A stretch of DNA of 64,000 nucleotides from Acidimicrobiia bacterium (GTDB lineage: Bacteria; Actinomycetota; Acidimicrobiia; Spongiisociales; UBA5794), in NCBI GenBank assembly GCA_036985855.1, contig BTQL01000005.1:10136-74135 (forward strand), written 5' to 3'. The notes beneath the pieces were generated by a model. It had not been told where the DNA came from. It was given only the letters and a program-made list of their open reading frames with translations, and ran no database searches. Positions 44,916-53,142 of this stretch are shown here, in pieces; position 1 is the stretch's first letter, and the number at the start of each line of letters is the position of its first letter. A program made the translations under genes and the position numbers.

Positions 44916-45333
44916 ATGACGCTCGGATTCGGGCTTCTCTCAGCTCAACGCGTCGAGGGTGATCCCCGCGCGTGAGATATCGACGTTCCGATGGATCTAC
45001 TACGGGACGATGTACCCGGGTTCCCACGCACAGATAGTCTCGAGCATGCGAAACCGGGTGTGGAGATACTCAGACATGGAAGCGTCGGCGACACGCACAG
45101 GCATCGCTTCCGTTGCGCCACACGACGGCGCGAGCCTGGAGAAGATCTCGAGCCAGATCCTCGGCGGATCTTCCGAGCAGATCGTGGCAGATATCTCCAC
45201 GATTCGCGAAAGGGCAGGTGTACCGATCGAATGGGTCGCCCGAAGCTACTTCCCGGATCTCTCCTACAGCAGACAATTAGAGATCGCTGAGCAGCTCGCC
45301 GCAGAAGTGATGCCCTTCGTACCCGCGGGTTAG
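44916..45333 (+). pseudogene. Remnant of an LLM-class (luciferase-like) flavin/F420-dependent oxidoreductase: N-terminal 19 codons, frameshift, and C-terminal ~55 codons only
   Basis: GGAGG precedes the ATG at 44916, which gives MTLGFGLLSAQRVEGDPRA then a stop. Another frame (44959..45333) ends with GGSSEQIVADISTIRERAGVPIEW...QLAAEVMPFV, resembling LLM C-termini. The total span is about 139 codons against about 300 for intact family members. Confidence 0.45.
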
Positions 45334-46310
45334 ACCGCATCGACAGCGCTGAGTACCCACGCTACTCCGTCGGCAGGGTCTTCGATTCCGATGTGCAGGT
45401 TCCATCCGCCGACTCGATCCCCCGGGTCCCACAACACCCATCGCAAGTCGGCGGCCTCATCCCCGAGTCCCGACACGTCCTCCGGTACGTCGTCGTAGCC
45501 GAGGAGCTCGAGAAGGACCCACCATGCCCCGACTCGGCCGGCCGGTGTGCCACGACGCCGACCATGACCTCCGCCACTGGCGCCGGCCCATACCATGGCC
45601 TCGAGCGCGGTACTCAGGGAGACCTCGGTCATACGTACTCTGTGCGGGCCCAGCGTTCGGATTCCATCCTCGATCGTCCCGACAACAGTCACAACCTCGG
45701 CTTTTCCGAGGGAATCCTCCCACCACGGCTTCACAAGATCCATGAGCATGTCTGAGACCTCGTCGTCATCGGTACGCTCCACAGGCTCGCCGAGATCCGT
45801 CCACGTCATTTCGATGTCGAATATGTCGTCCGGAAACGTCGCCCTGTCGGATGCGTACTTGGCCGTCGGATAGGCCGGCTCCCACAACTCCTGCGCGACG
45901 GGGATCTCGAGGATGCCACGATCGACCGCATCCTCGGGAACGGTGTCTCCGTGGATCGATCGCTCATGTGCCGTCAACGCCCGAATTGTCGGGGACTCCA
46001 GGAACGGATCGAGCTCATTCCACGAATGGGACGACGCAGCAACCTCCCACAGCGGCCCAAGTGAGAAGCGACCTCGACCGTCCGTCATCACTGTTGCGGC
46101 GAGGTCCGCAGGGCCCTCGAGTGCAAGTCGATACTCAGCGAACTGAGAGACACCCCAAACCTGCTTGCCGCGAGTGACAGCCTCGTCGCAGCGGTCCCTG
46201 AGATCGATGAGCTCGGCCCAATCTCGACGAGAGCAGATGCCGTCGACCGCGCGAGTCAGACCGGCAAGATCGCTTCCTTCGATGAGGGGTGTGAGAGCGT
46301 CTTCGACCAT
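45330..46310 (-). CDS. Hypothetical protein (326 aa, acidic)
   Basis: Long ORF with coding-like composition. I can name no motif. Confidence 0.5.
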   Translation of the reverse strand: MVEDALTPLIEGSDLAGLTRAVDGICSRRDWAELIDLRDRCDEAVTRGKQVWGVSQFAEYRLALEGPADLAATVMTDGRGRFSLGPLWEVAASSHSWNELDPFLESPTIRALTAHERSIHGDTVPEDAVDRGILEIPVAQELWEPAYPTAKYASDRATFPDDIFDIEMTWTDLGEPVERTDDDEVSDMLMDLVKPWWEDSLGKAEVVTVVGTIEDGIRTLGPHRVRMTEVSLSTALEAMVWAGASGGGHGRRRGTPAGRVGAWWVLLELLGYDDVPEDVSGLGDEAADLRWVLWDPGDRVGGWNLHIGIEDPADGVAWVLSAVDAV

Positions 46311-46410
46311 ATCGAGAGATTACCGATGAACGACGACTGATGATCAACGGTCGATTCCCGCTTTCGGTTCACCACAAACGATCTGGGGTCGTCTCCGGGC
46401 GCAGCAAGCC

Positions 46411-46824
46411 CTATCCCGATTCCGGAGCTGCGCAGCCGGTAGCTCTCACGGTGATCTCTGATACTCCGATGAATGCGAGCGTCCGTGGTTGGTAGATATC
46501 GGCAACCGTCACACAGATCCTCGCGGGAGAGCTGTCCACGCTGATGATCTCGTCTCCGCTCCCCCACATGGCGCCGACGCGTCGTGCCTCTGTCTCGGCA
46601 GCGGCCATGTCCAATGACAACACGGTGCCGTACACGCCGGGCGTCGATACAACTGCCGCAGCAGACTCTGCTGCAAGATCGGCGACGGTCGCCACATCGC
46701 GGTATGCGGCTCCGAGCAGAGAGAGCTCGACGACAAGCGCCGACACCGCGAGCGCAACGAAGATCAGCCCGCCCGTCATCGGCAGCATGGTGCCCGATTC
46801 GTCGAACAACAACCTGTCGGTCAC
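46411..46824 (-). CDS. TadE/TadG-like pseudopilin / pilus assembly protein
   Basis: It has an N-terminal hydrophobic helix (GGLIFVALAVSALVVELSLLGAAY) and is the last gene of the tad operon. Its start overlaps the preceding gene's stop. Confidence 0.55.
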   Translation of the reverse strand: MTDRLLFDESGTMLPMTGGLIFVALAVSALVVELSLLGAAYRDVATVADLAAESAAAVVSTPGVYGTVLSLDMAAAETEARRVGAMWGSGDEIISVDSSPARICVTVADIYQPRTLAFIGVSEITVRATGCAAPESG

Positions 46825-47159
46825 GGTTCACTCCGATACCTGCTCACAGGCACTTCCACGGTGGATCGAACCGTCCGGGTCAGCGTTGCTCCCCCGACCG
46901 CCACAAGCGTCACCTCCAGCGTCGCAGCGACCTCGACACTCGACCCACGATCCACGACAGACAGTTCAATCCCTTCGACGGCTTGGGGTCCTCCGCCGTG
47001 TCGGGCGATCCACGATGCATTGTCCCTGGCCGCAGCATGTACGGCGGCGTTGGCCTCTGTGAGTCTCACTGCCGTGGACATGACCGGCAGCACCATCATC
47101 ACGACAGCGAAACCGACGACGATGATCTCCAAGAGGGCAATTCCGCGCTGCGATCTCAT
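46821..47159 (-). CDS. TadE-like pseudopilin
   Basis: The start at MRSQRGIALLEIIVVGFAVVMMVL overlaps the upstream stop (ATGA). The G/IALLE motif followed by a hydrophobic helix matches the TadE N-terminal pattern. Confidence 0.55.
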   Translation of the reverse strand: MRSQRGIALLEIIVVGFAVVMMVLPVMSTAVRLTEANAAVHAAARDNASWIARHGGGPQAVEGIELSVVDRGSSVEVAATLEVTLVAVGGATLTRTVRSTVEVPVSRYRSEP

Positions 47160-47554
47160 GGCGGAACGACCCGCACCGCTGTTCGTTCGATCACCACGGT
47201 GATCGGGACGAAGTCGGGACCGGGAGGCACCCACCGAAACGAAACAACCGCACGCAACACAGTGGCGTCATCGGTGACTTCGACGGATATGTCTTCTGCA
47301 CCGGGCACCACCGCTGAAAGGTCGCGCACGAGTCCAACCCTCACCGTCTCGACATCGAGATCTGCGATGACACCCTTGCGCAGACCAGCCTCGGCGGATG
47401 TTGCGGCCACGTTACGCGCCAGCGCCAGAAACCCGATCTGTACGATCAGAGCCAGCAGCAAGAAGAAGACGCCGATCGCGACGATCCCCTCGATCGTGTA
47501 GGACCCCGGCTCTAACCGAAGAACCCGCTGAACTGAAGGGCGACGTTGGACCAG
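47156..47554 (-). CDS. TadE-like pseudopilin (start unresolved)
   Basis: A G/SYTIEG motif is followed by the hydrophobic helix IVAIGVFFLLLALIVQIG. There is no ATG, GTG or TTG between the motif and the GTG at 47632. The 5' end given here is a CTG and is provisional. Confidence 0.45.
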   Translation of the reverse strand: MVQRRPSVQRVLRLEPGSYTIEGIVAIGVFFLLLALIVQIGFLALARNVAATSAEAGLRKGVIADLDVETVRVGLVRDLSAVVPGAEDISVEVTDDATVLRAVVSFRWVPPGPDFVPITVVIERTAVRVVPP

Positions 47555-47667
47555 ATGTCTCCCGCCGTGCCGCGCACTTGGGGGAGTAGCAGCGCGATCA
47601 CCAAGATCGCGATGGTCGCAAGACCGAGCCACTCGACTGTGGTTGCTCCTCGTTCGTTCTCGAACAT
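47512..47667 (-). CDS. flp: Flp/Fap-family type IVb pilin (51 aa), not in ORF track
   Basis: AAGGAGG lies 9 nt upstream of the ATG. The translation is MFENERGATTVEWLGLATIAILVIALLLPQVRGTAGDIWSNVALQFSGFFG, with a G/ATTVEW processing motif and a hydrophobic core. It lies between tadC and the TadE-like genes, as in the M. tuberculosis flp locus. Confidence 0.7.
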   Translation of the reverse strand: MFENERGATTVEWLGLATIAILVIALLLPQVRGTAGDIWSNVALQFSGFFG

Positions 47668-47694
47668 AGGTCATCCCTCCTTGGGATAGTAGAT

Positions 47695-48471
47695 TCACGG
47701 GGCACCGGCGAGAGTGCGGAGCCCCAGGAGTGTCGGGTAGATGAGAAAGACGAGAGCCGTAGGCACCATGAGCGCCAGAACCGGCCCATAGGTCGCGATC
47801 GCCCGCCTACCGCTCTCGGTGGTCAGATCGCGTTCGAGGCCTGCCCGGTAGTCGACCGCAAGATCACCGAGTGACGCGCCGAGCCGCCCGCCGGTCGTGT
47901 GAGCATGGCTCAGCGTTTCGTAGAGTCGAATGGCGTTCGGATGTGCCGTGACCCGTGACGCCTCGACGAGTGCATCGGGCAGACCTTCCCCTGCCTCGAG
48001 TGCACCGATCACCTCCCGAAGTTCCTCCGCGGACACGCCGTTGGTTTCCTGGGACACTGCACGTATCGACTCGACGATCGACTCTCCAGCAACGACGTGG
48101 AGCGACATCGCGTCTGCGATCACGGGCAATTCGAACCGCAGCCGACGGGCCCGCCGTTCCCTCAGGTTCGTTTGCCGCATCGACCAGAGCACCCAACCGG
48201 CGCCGGCCCCAAGAGTGGCCAACGCAATCGAAGAACGCGAACGTCCGGCCAGGAAGAGGTCGCCCTGGGCAACCAGAAGTCCAACGAATGCACCGCCGAC
48301 GGCGGCCATCGATCCGCCAGCGGGGATCGACAGCGACCGTCGGCGTGTGTCCGATCCATCCGGGCGCACTACGAGATAGGGCTCGAGGGAGGCAGCCATC
48401 GTCGCTCGTTTCGTTGGAACGACGAGTAGATACACCCCACCGGCTGCAGCGAGGGCGAGCAACCAGATCAT
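47695..48471 (-). CDS. tadC: Tad pilus assembly inner-membrane protein TadC (T2SS F-family)
   Basis: The start at MIWLLALAAAG overlaps the tadB stop (ATGA). The T2SSF-like helical domain ends in a C-terminal TM segment (GPVLALMVPTALVFLIYP). Confidence 0.7.
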   Translation of the reverse strand: MIWLLALAAAGGVYLLVVPTKRATMAASLEPYLVVRPDGSDTRRRSLSIPAGGSMAAVGGAFVGLLVAQGDLFLAGRSRSSIALATLGAGAGWVLWSMRQTNLRERRARRLRFELPVIADAMSLHVVAGESIVESIRAVSQETNGVSAEELREVIGALEAGEGLPDALVEASRVTAHPNAIRLYETLSHAHTTGGRLGASLGDLAVDYRAGLERDLTTESGRRAIATYGPVLALMVPTALVFLIYPTLLGLRTLAGAP

Positions 48472-49271
48472 GTGAAGAGCCTCGGCGCGGAACGCAAATT
48501 GCTGGCTCTCCTTGCGAGAATCCATCCGAGACCCGTCGCGACGAGTCCTGCTCCAACGATCGTCATGCCTTCGACCGAGTCGAAGGCACCTGCCGCCTGG
48601 GGATTCGTCGCAATCGAGAGGGCAAGGAGCGCCCACGGCGCGACAAGAGCGACGGTTGCCGTCCACCGCTGTTCGGTCAGAGCCGCGTCGTGGGCTTTTC
48701 GGAGTCTGATCTCATCTGTTATGGAGACACCGAGCGCAGCGAGTACGTCCCCGACCCGATAACCCCCCGTGCGCTGAGCGATGGCGGTAGTTGCGAGAAC
48801 GCGGTCTGCGATCGGTTCCGCGAGATCCTTGCGCAGCTCCGCCAGAGCAGCAGCGAACCCACCACCGTACGTGATCTCGTAACGTACCAAGTCTGCGTAT
48901 CGCGAGAATTCGTGCCCGATACGGTCGGCTGCATCGACAAAGGCATCCGGAAGCGTTGCACCGGACCCGACCGACGACCGCATGTGTGTGATGAAGTCCG
49001 GCCAACGATCCGTACGGGCTCGGAGCTGCTGCTCGATCCTCGACTGTTCCATGCGGGCGGGAATCGCCGAGCACAAGACACCGATGGCGATCGCCGGCAT
49101 CGCCGTCCCCAGAAGCCCGAACGATACGATGGCGCCGCCGAACCCAGCTCCCAGCGCCCCGAGCACGACCAGGGCTCGCACCTTCGGAATCCGGAACACC
49201 CCCGCCGGCACGTCGCCAACAACGAGAATCCAGACGGCACCCGCTGCGGCGAGTACAACGATTCCTCTCAT
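48468..49271 (-). CDS. tadB: Tad pilus assembly inner-membrane protein TadB (T2SS F-family)
   Basis: 267 aa with N- and C-terminal TM helices flanking a cytoplasmic T2SSF-like domain. It overlaps tadA and tadC by 4 nt each. Confidence 0.7.
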   Translation of the reverse strand: MRGIVVLAAAGAVWILVVGDVPAGVFRIPKVRALVVLGALGAGFGGAIVSFGLLGTAMPAIAIGVLCSAIPARMEQSRIEQQLRARTDRWPDFITHMRSSVGSGATLPDAFVDAADRIGHEFSRYADLVRYEITYGGGFAAALAELRKDLAEPIADRVLATTAIAQRTGGYRVGDVLAALGVSITDEIRLRKAHDAALTEQRWTATVALVAPWALLALSIATNPQAAGAFDSVEGMTIVGAGLVATGLGWILARRASNLRSAPRLFT

Positions 49272-50263
49272 TCAGTCCTCCCCACAACCGCGTTGAGTGA
49301 GGACCGGGACCAATCGAAGAGCGTCTCGACGGTGAAACGATCGGGATCCAGCTGTTCGGGCACGCGCAGTATCTCTTTTACATGTCTGCCGTTCGCGTCT
49401 CGTTTGAGGAATACAACGATGTCGACAACCGCTGCGACGGTCCTTCTCAGAAACGGGATCGAGATGTTCTCGCCGGCGAGTACTCCGTACGAGACGAGTT
49501 TCTCGAGAGCGTCGCGCCCGGAGTTCGCGTGGATGGTCGCGATGCCTGAGCAACCCGCGTTGAGCGCCATGAGCATGTCCAGAGCTTCAGGTCCGCGCAC
49601 CTCACCGACGACGATTCGGTCGGGTCGTTGTCGCAGCGCCTCCCGCACGAGATCTCGAAGGGTGATCGCTGCCCCGCCATCGAGACCAGCCTCTCTGATC
49701 TGCATCTGTGTCATGTCGGGCAGATCGACATCGATCTCGAAGACCTCCTCACATGTGACAACCCTCCGATCGGGAGGCACCTCACGAAGAAGGCAGTTGA
49801 CAAGCGTGGTCTTGCCGGCTCCCGGAGCTCCAGCGACCAGGATCGTTGCGTCCTGTTGCACGCTTCGCCGGAGGAACACGGCGGCCTCATCCGTCATCGT
49901 TCCCCTGTCAACGATGTCATCGAGGTCAGACGCCGTGACGACGAACTTTCGGATCTGGATGTTCATCCGATTGGGGTGGGTCACGGGGGGTCCGGTGATG
50001 TGTACGCGACTCCCATCGGGGAGTTGGGCGGAAACGATCGGGTTCGCCTGGTCGACCCTCCTGCCGGTTCCGGCCAGCAGCTGATCCGCGATACGGCGTA
50101 CCACCTTGGGCTCAACAACAACGTTGATGAGCTCCTTCACCCCATCGCGGACGATGAATGTCCTGTCTCCTCCGATCACGATGATCTCCTCGATCATCGG
50201 ATCATCGAGGAGCTCGGCGAGGTAACCGAAACGAGCGGGGGACTCCGCATCCACAACAGTCAC
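49268..50263 (-). CDS. tadA: Tad pilus secretion ATPase TadA/CpaF (T2SS E-family)
   Basis: The GTG start overlaps the upstream stop (GTGA). It has Walker A GAPGAGKTT, a Walker B/Asp box and His box region, and an LMALNAGCSG motif. Confidence 0.85.
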   Translation of the reverse strand: MTVVDAESPARFGYLAELLDDPMIEEIIVIGGDRTFIVRDGVKELINVVVEPKVVRRIADQLLAGTGRRVDQANPIVSAQLPDGSRVHITGPPVTHPNRMNIQIRKFVVTASDLDDIVDRGTMTDEAAVFLRRSVQQDATILVAGAPGAGKTTLVNCLLREVPPDRRVVTCEEVFEIDVDLPDMTQMQIREAGLDGGAAITLRDLVREALRQRPDRIVVGEVRGPEALDMLMALNAGCSGIATIHANSGRDALEKLVSYGVLAGENISIPFLRRTVAAVVDIVVFLKRDANGRHVKEILRVPEQLDPDRFTVETLFDWSRSSLNAVVGRTE

Positions 50264-51309
50264 AGCTGCGCCCCGAGCGCAGCTACCGCGCGGGTGAGAC
50301 GCCTGTCCGGCATCTTTGCCGCGGCTGTTGCCCTCCGTACCTGCTTCAGTTCCGGTACGACAGCAGCAGGATCCAGCCCGGTCCACCGTCTCGCAGCCTC
50401 GACAATCTGCTTTCGATCTCGCGCTGCAACACGATTGAGTATCAGGCTTGGCTGGGGACCCATCCACCGGGACGTGATCTGTGCCGCTCTGACCACTCCA
50501 ACCGCAGAGGCATCCACGACGAACAGCGCGATATCGGCATCTTCCACGAGCTTCGTGTTCGAGCGAACCATCCCAACGTCCAGCACGACCTCATCGAACT
50601 GTGCTGCTGCAGCGTCGACGACACCACGCATCATCGCTTCGCGAAGCGGTTGCTCTCCTGGTCTGTGTGATCCCGTGATCACCGAGAACCCTCCGATACG
50701 GTGGAGACAGTCGGCATCGATCGTTCCATCAGCGCGTACGCCGTCGGCAGCGTCGGTGACATCGGGTCGGGGCGCTAGACCGAGCCTCACTGCCAAGGCT
50801 GGAGCCTCGAGATCGGCGTCGATGAGAACGACAGACTTCGCTTTCGTTCTGGCTCGGATCGACGCGTACGCAAGAGCGATCTCGGTGCACCCTGGAGCAC
50901 CTTTCGGTCCAGTGACGGCAGTGACGATCCTCTTCGCCTTCGTTACAACACGATCGACTCGTGGCGCGACAAATCGAATGGCCTGCACGAGCGCAGCAAC
51001 GTCGATGGAATCGGGAACAACCTCGCTCGCTCCTCCGCTCTCGAGCAGTCGTGCGGCCGGCACGTCCCCCTGCGGATGGACACCGATCACCCCGAAACCG
51101 AGGCGGCGCCATGTGGCTATCTGTCGCGGCGTCACCCAGGAAACCTCGCCTCCGGCAACGACAACGTCGATCTCTTCTGCTCTGGATTCGATGTCCGAGG
51201 GCTGATACGCCCTCAGCACAACGCGGAGTGCGGCCGTGTCCCTGGCGTGTTGCACGAGTCCTGGTTCCCATTCACGTGCCGAGAGCACTGTCGCCACCCG
51301 GATCGTCAC
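50260..51309 (-). CDS. TadZ/CpaE-like ParA/MinD-family protein with N-terminal receiver-like domain (degenerate P-loop)
   Basis: Same position as Rv3660c / tadZ. The P-loop region reads GPKGAPGCTE, with Cys where the canonical GK[ST] lysine is expected, followed by VVLIDADLE. Confidence 0.6.
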   Translation of the reverse strand: MTIRVATVLSAREWEPGLVQHARDTAALRVVLRAYQPSDIESRAEEIDVVVAGGEVSWVTPRQIATWRRLGFGVIGVHPQGDVPAARLLESGGASEVVPDSIDVAALVQAIRFVAPRVDRVVTKAKRIVTAVTGPKGAPGCTEIALAYASIRARTKAKSVVLIDADLEAPALAVRLGLAPRPDVTDAADGVRADGTIDADCLHRIGGFSVITGSHRPGEQPLREAMMRGVVDAAAAQFDEVVLDVGMVRSNTKLVEDADIALFVVDASAVGVVRAAQITSRWMGPQPSLILNRVAARDRKQIVEAARRWTGLDPAAVVPELKQVRRATAAAKMPDRRLTRAVAALGAQL

Positions 51310-51923
51310 GGCGCCACCCGGACGAGGTCAATGGCACCGGTGTGCGTGGCGGATGCCAGTTGCCCGGCAAGACCATCGTCTACTGCGAGGAGAACGTTCA
51401 CTTTTCCCCTGTTCACAGAGGACTCCGAAGCGACCGCCTCAACAACGTACACCCTCGAAGCCAACAGCACGGTCGAAGACTCTGTCGCGAACCCTCCGGT
51501 GTAGGTCACGTATACGTCGACATAGTCACCGGCGACGAGGCGCCCCAGAACAGCGTTCTCGGCACGAAGCGATAGCGCGATGACGTTCGGTGATGCGACA
51601 AGTTCCGGAGGCTGGATGAGCGACGTGACCAGCGGTTCTCCCTCCTCGAGGGGAACTCGCAACGACCAGTCTTTCAGGTCCCCGATCGAATCTCCCGATA
51701 CGAGGCCCGTTGTCGACTCCACATATCGAACGTCGATGTCCATGTCGCCTAACGGACGACCAGCAGCCAGATCCGATCCCGCAACGAGAACGGGAAGCCG
51801 CTCGGGAGGTTTCGTGAGCTGGAGCACGCCGAGAGCCGCGATCGCGGCCAGTATGCCACCGATGATCATGCGCCTGTCGAAGTTGGGCATGGTGAGGCCG
51901 AGAACCCTGACACCGAGAGCCAT
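51306..51923 (-). CDS. cpaB: CpaB/RcpC-like Flp pilus assembly protein (TM + SAF-like domain)
   Basis: N-terminal TM segment IIGGILAAIAALGVL, followed by VLVAGSDLAAGRPLGDMDIDVRYV, a SAF-domain-like pattern. An alternative start is the ATG at 51890. Confidence 0.6.
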   Translation of the reverse strand: MALGVRVLGLTMPNFDRRMIIGGILAAIAALGVLQLTKPPERLPVLVAGSDLAAGRPLGDMDIDVRYVESTTGLVSGDSIGDLKDWSLRVPLEEGEPLVTSLIQPPELVASPNVIALSLRAENAVLGRLVAGDYVDVYVTYTGGFATESSTVLLASRVYVVEAVASESSVNRGKVNVLLAVDDGLAGQLASATHTGAIDLVRVAP

Positions 51924-52222
51924 CAGCGTGCCTCCATGCAGACGATGTGGGCAAGGGCAACGAACTGGTCACGACCAGCATCCCTGAGCACAACGTGATC
52001 GATGCCTACTGCGTGGACGTCCCCTCGGTACAGATGTCCATCACTACCACCGAGCACGACCTGCTCGCCTCGATCCTCGGATTCGATCAGGCGGTCACGG
52101 AGTGTGCGTCTGCGCAGAGCAGCGGACCGGGCCGCTGACTGTTCTGCATCGAGAGTCTCGTCGAGGCGACCTCTCAGGACACGTCCGAGAGACTCGAGAT
52201 CGGGGTGACTGAACGGATCCAT
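51923..52222 (-). CDS. Hypothetical protein, first gene of the tad operon (99 aa from MDPFSH; alternative GTG start at 52321)
   Basis: GGGAG precedes the ATG at 52222. The stop overlaps the cpaB-like start. The protein has a helical N-terminus and a beta-rich C-terminus, and I recognise no family. Confidence 0.4.
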   Translation of the reverse strand: MDPFSHPDLESLGRVLRGRLDETLDAEQSAARSAALRRRTLRDRLIESEDRGEQVVLGGSDGHLYRGDVHAVGIDHVVLRDAGRDQFVALAHIVCMEAR

Positions 52223-52309
52223 CTCGCTCCCGCGTTTGACACCGCTCTCTTCCCCACTTAGAGCGAACTCGACCGACGGCCACGATGCAAGGGGACTCTG
52301 CTGGGATAT

Positions 52310-52378
52310 TTCGCGAGACACGGACTCGATTCGCGAGACACGGGCTCGATTCGCGACTTAGCGCACCGTTTTCGCGAC
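52310..52378. repeat. Tandem 20-bp repeat TTCGCGAGACACGG(A/G)CTCGA x2 plus two further TTCGCGAC copies (TCGCGA palindromes at 20, 20 and 21 bp spacing)
   Basis: Read directly from the sequence: TTCGCGA starts at 52310, 52330, 52350 and 52371. Confidence 0.8.
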
Positions 52379-53142
52379 TACTGAAAGTCTCCGTGCCGAC
52401 CAACACCCGACCTGAACCTATCGACGCCGGTCATTGTCTCCCCCGTAGCGATCGTCGCCATTCCCAATTCGAACTCACGGCGCATGGCCGTCTCAGTCGG
52501 TGTGCCGATCCCATCGAGCAATGACCGGCGATCGCTCGTCAGACAGATATTGGGGAACGCGGTGATCGCATGGGCAAGCGCTTCAGCTTCCTCCCTAGCC
52601 GCGCCTTCGGGGACAATACGGTTGATGAGACCCATGTTCTTCGCCTCGAGGGCCATCACTTCGCGGCCCGTGAGGATCATGTCCATTGCATGGCCAATAC
52701 CGACAATCTGAGGAAGGCGTACGGTTCCACCATCGATCAACGGCACACCCCAACGTCGACACAGGACACCGAGGACGCTCGACTCAGACCCGACTCGCAG
52801 GTCACACCAGAGAGCGAGCTCGAGGCCCCCGGCTACAGCATGACCCTCGATCGCAGCGACAACGGGTTTGGACATGTTCAGCCTGGTCGGCCCCATCGGA
52901 CCCGGCCCTTCAACCTCGAGGGTGTGCGTTCGGTCTGTGCCAGTGGCGTGAAGGTCTGCCCCAGAACAGAACGTCCCGCCTGCGCCCCACAACACACAGA
53001 CCGCAGTGCCTTCGTCGTCCTCGAGCTCGGTGAAGGCGTCATGCAGTTCCTTCGCCGTTGGTCCGTCGACCGCATTACGGACATCAGGCCGATCCAGGAT
53101 CACCGTCCCGACTGCGCCGTTCCGTTCGATCGATACGCTCAT
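52378..53142 (-). CDS. Enoyl-CoA hydratase/isomerase (crotonase) family protein
   Basis: Start at MSVSIERNG, preceded by GGAGGG. The crotonase motifs LDRPDVRNA and GAGGTFCSGADL are present. Confidence 0.85.
   Translation of the reverse strand: MSVSIERNGAVGTVILDRPDVRNAVDGPTAKELHDAFTELEDDEGTAVCVLWGAGGTFCSGADLHATGTDRTHTLEVEGPGPMGPTRLNMSKPVVAAIEGHAVAGGLELALWCDLRVGSESSVLGVLCRRWGVPLIDGGTVRLPQIVGIGHAMDMILTGREVMALEAKNMGLINRIVPEGAAREEAEALAHAITAFPNICLTSDRRSLLDGIGTPTETAMRREFELGMATIATGETMTGVDRFRSGVGRHGDFQ

Noticed and set aside
47955-51205. Very long plus-strand ORFs (47955..50084, 709 aa; 49628..51205, 525 aa) across the tad region
   Set aside because: They are antisense to tadC, tadB, tadA and tadZ, which carry clear motifs (for example GAPGAGKTT). 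Their translations are Arg/Ser/Pro/Thr-rich low-complexity strings, typical of non-coding frames in GC-rich DNA.
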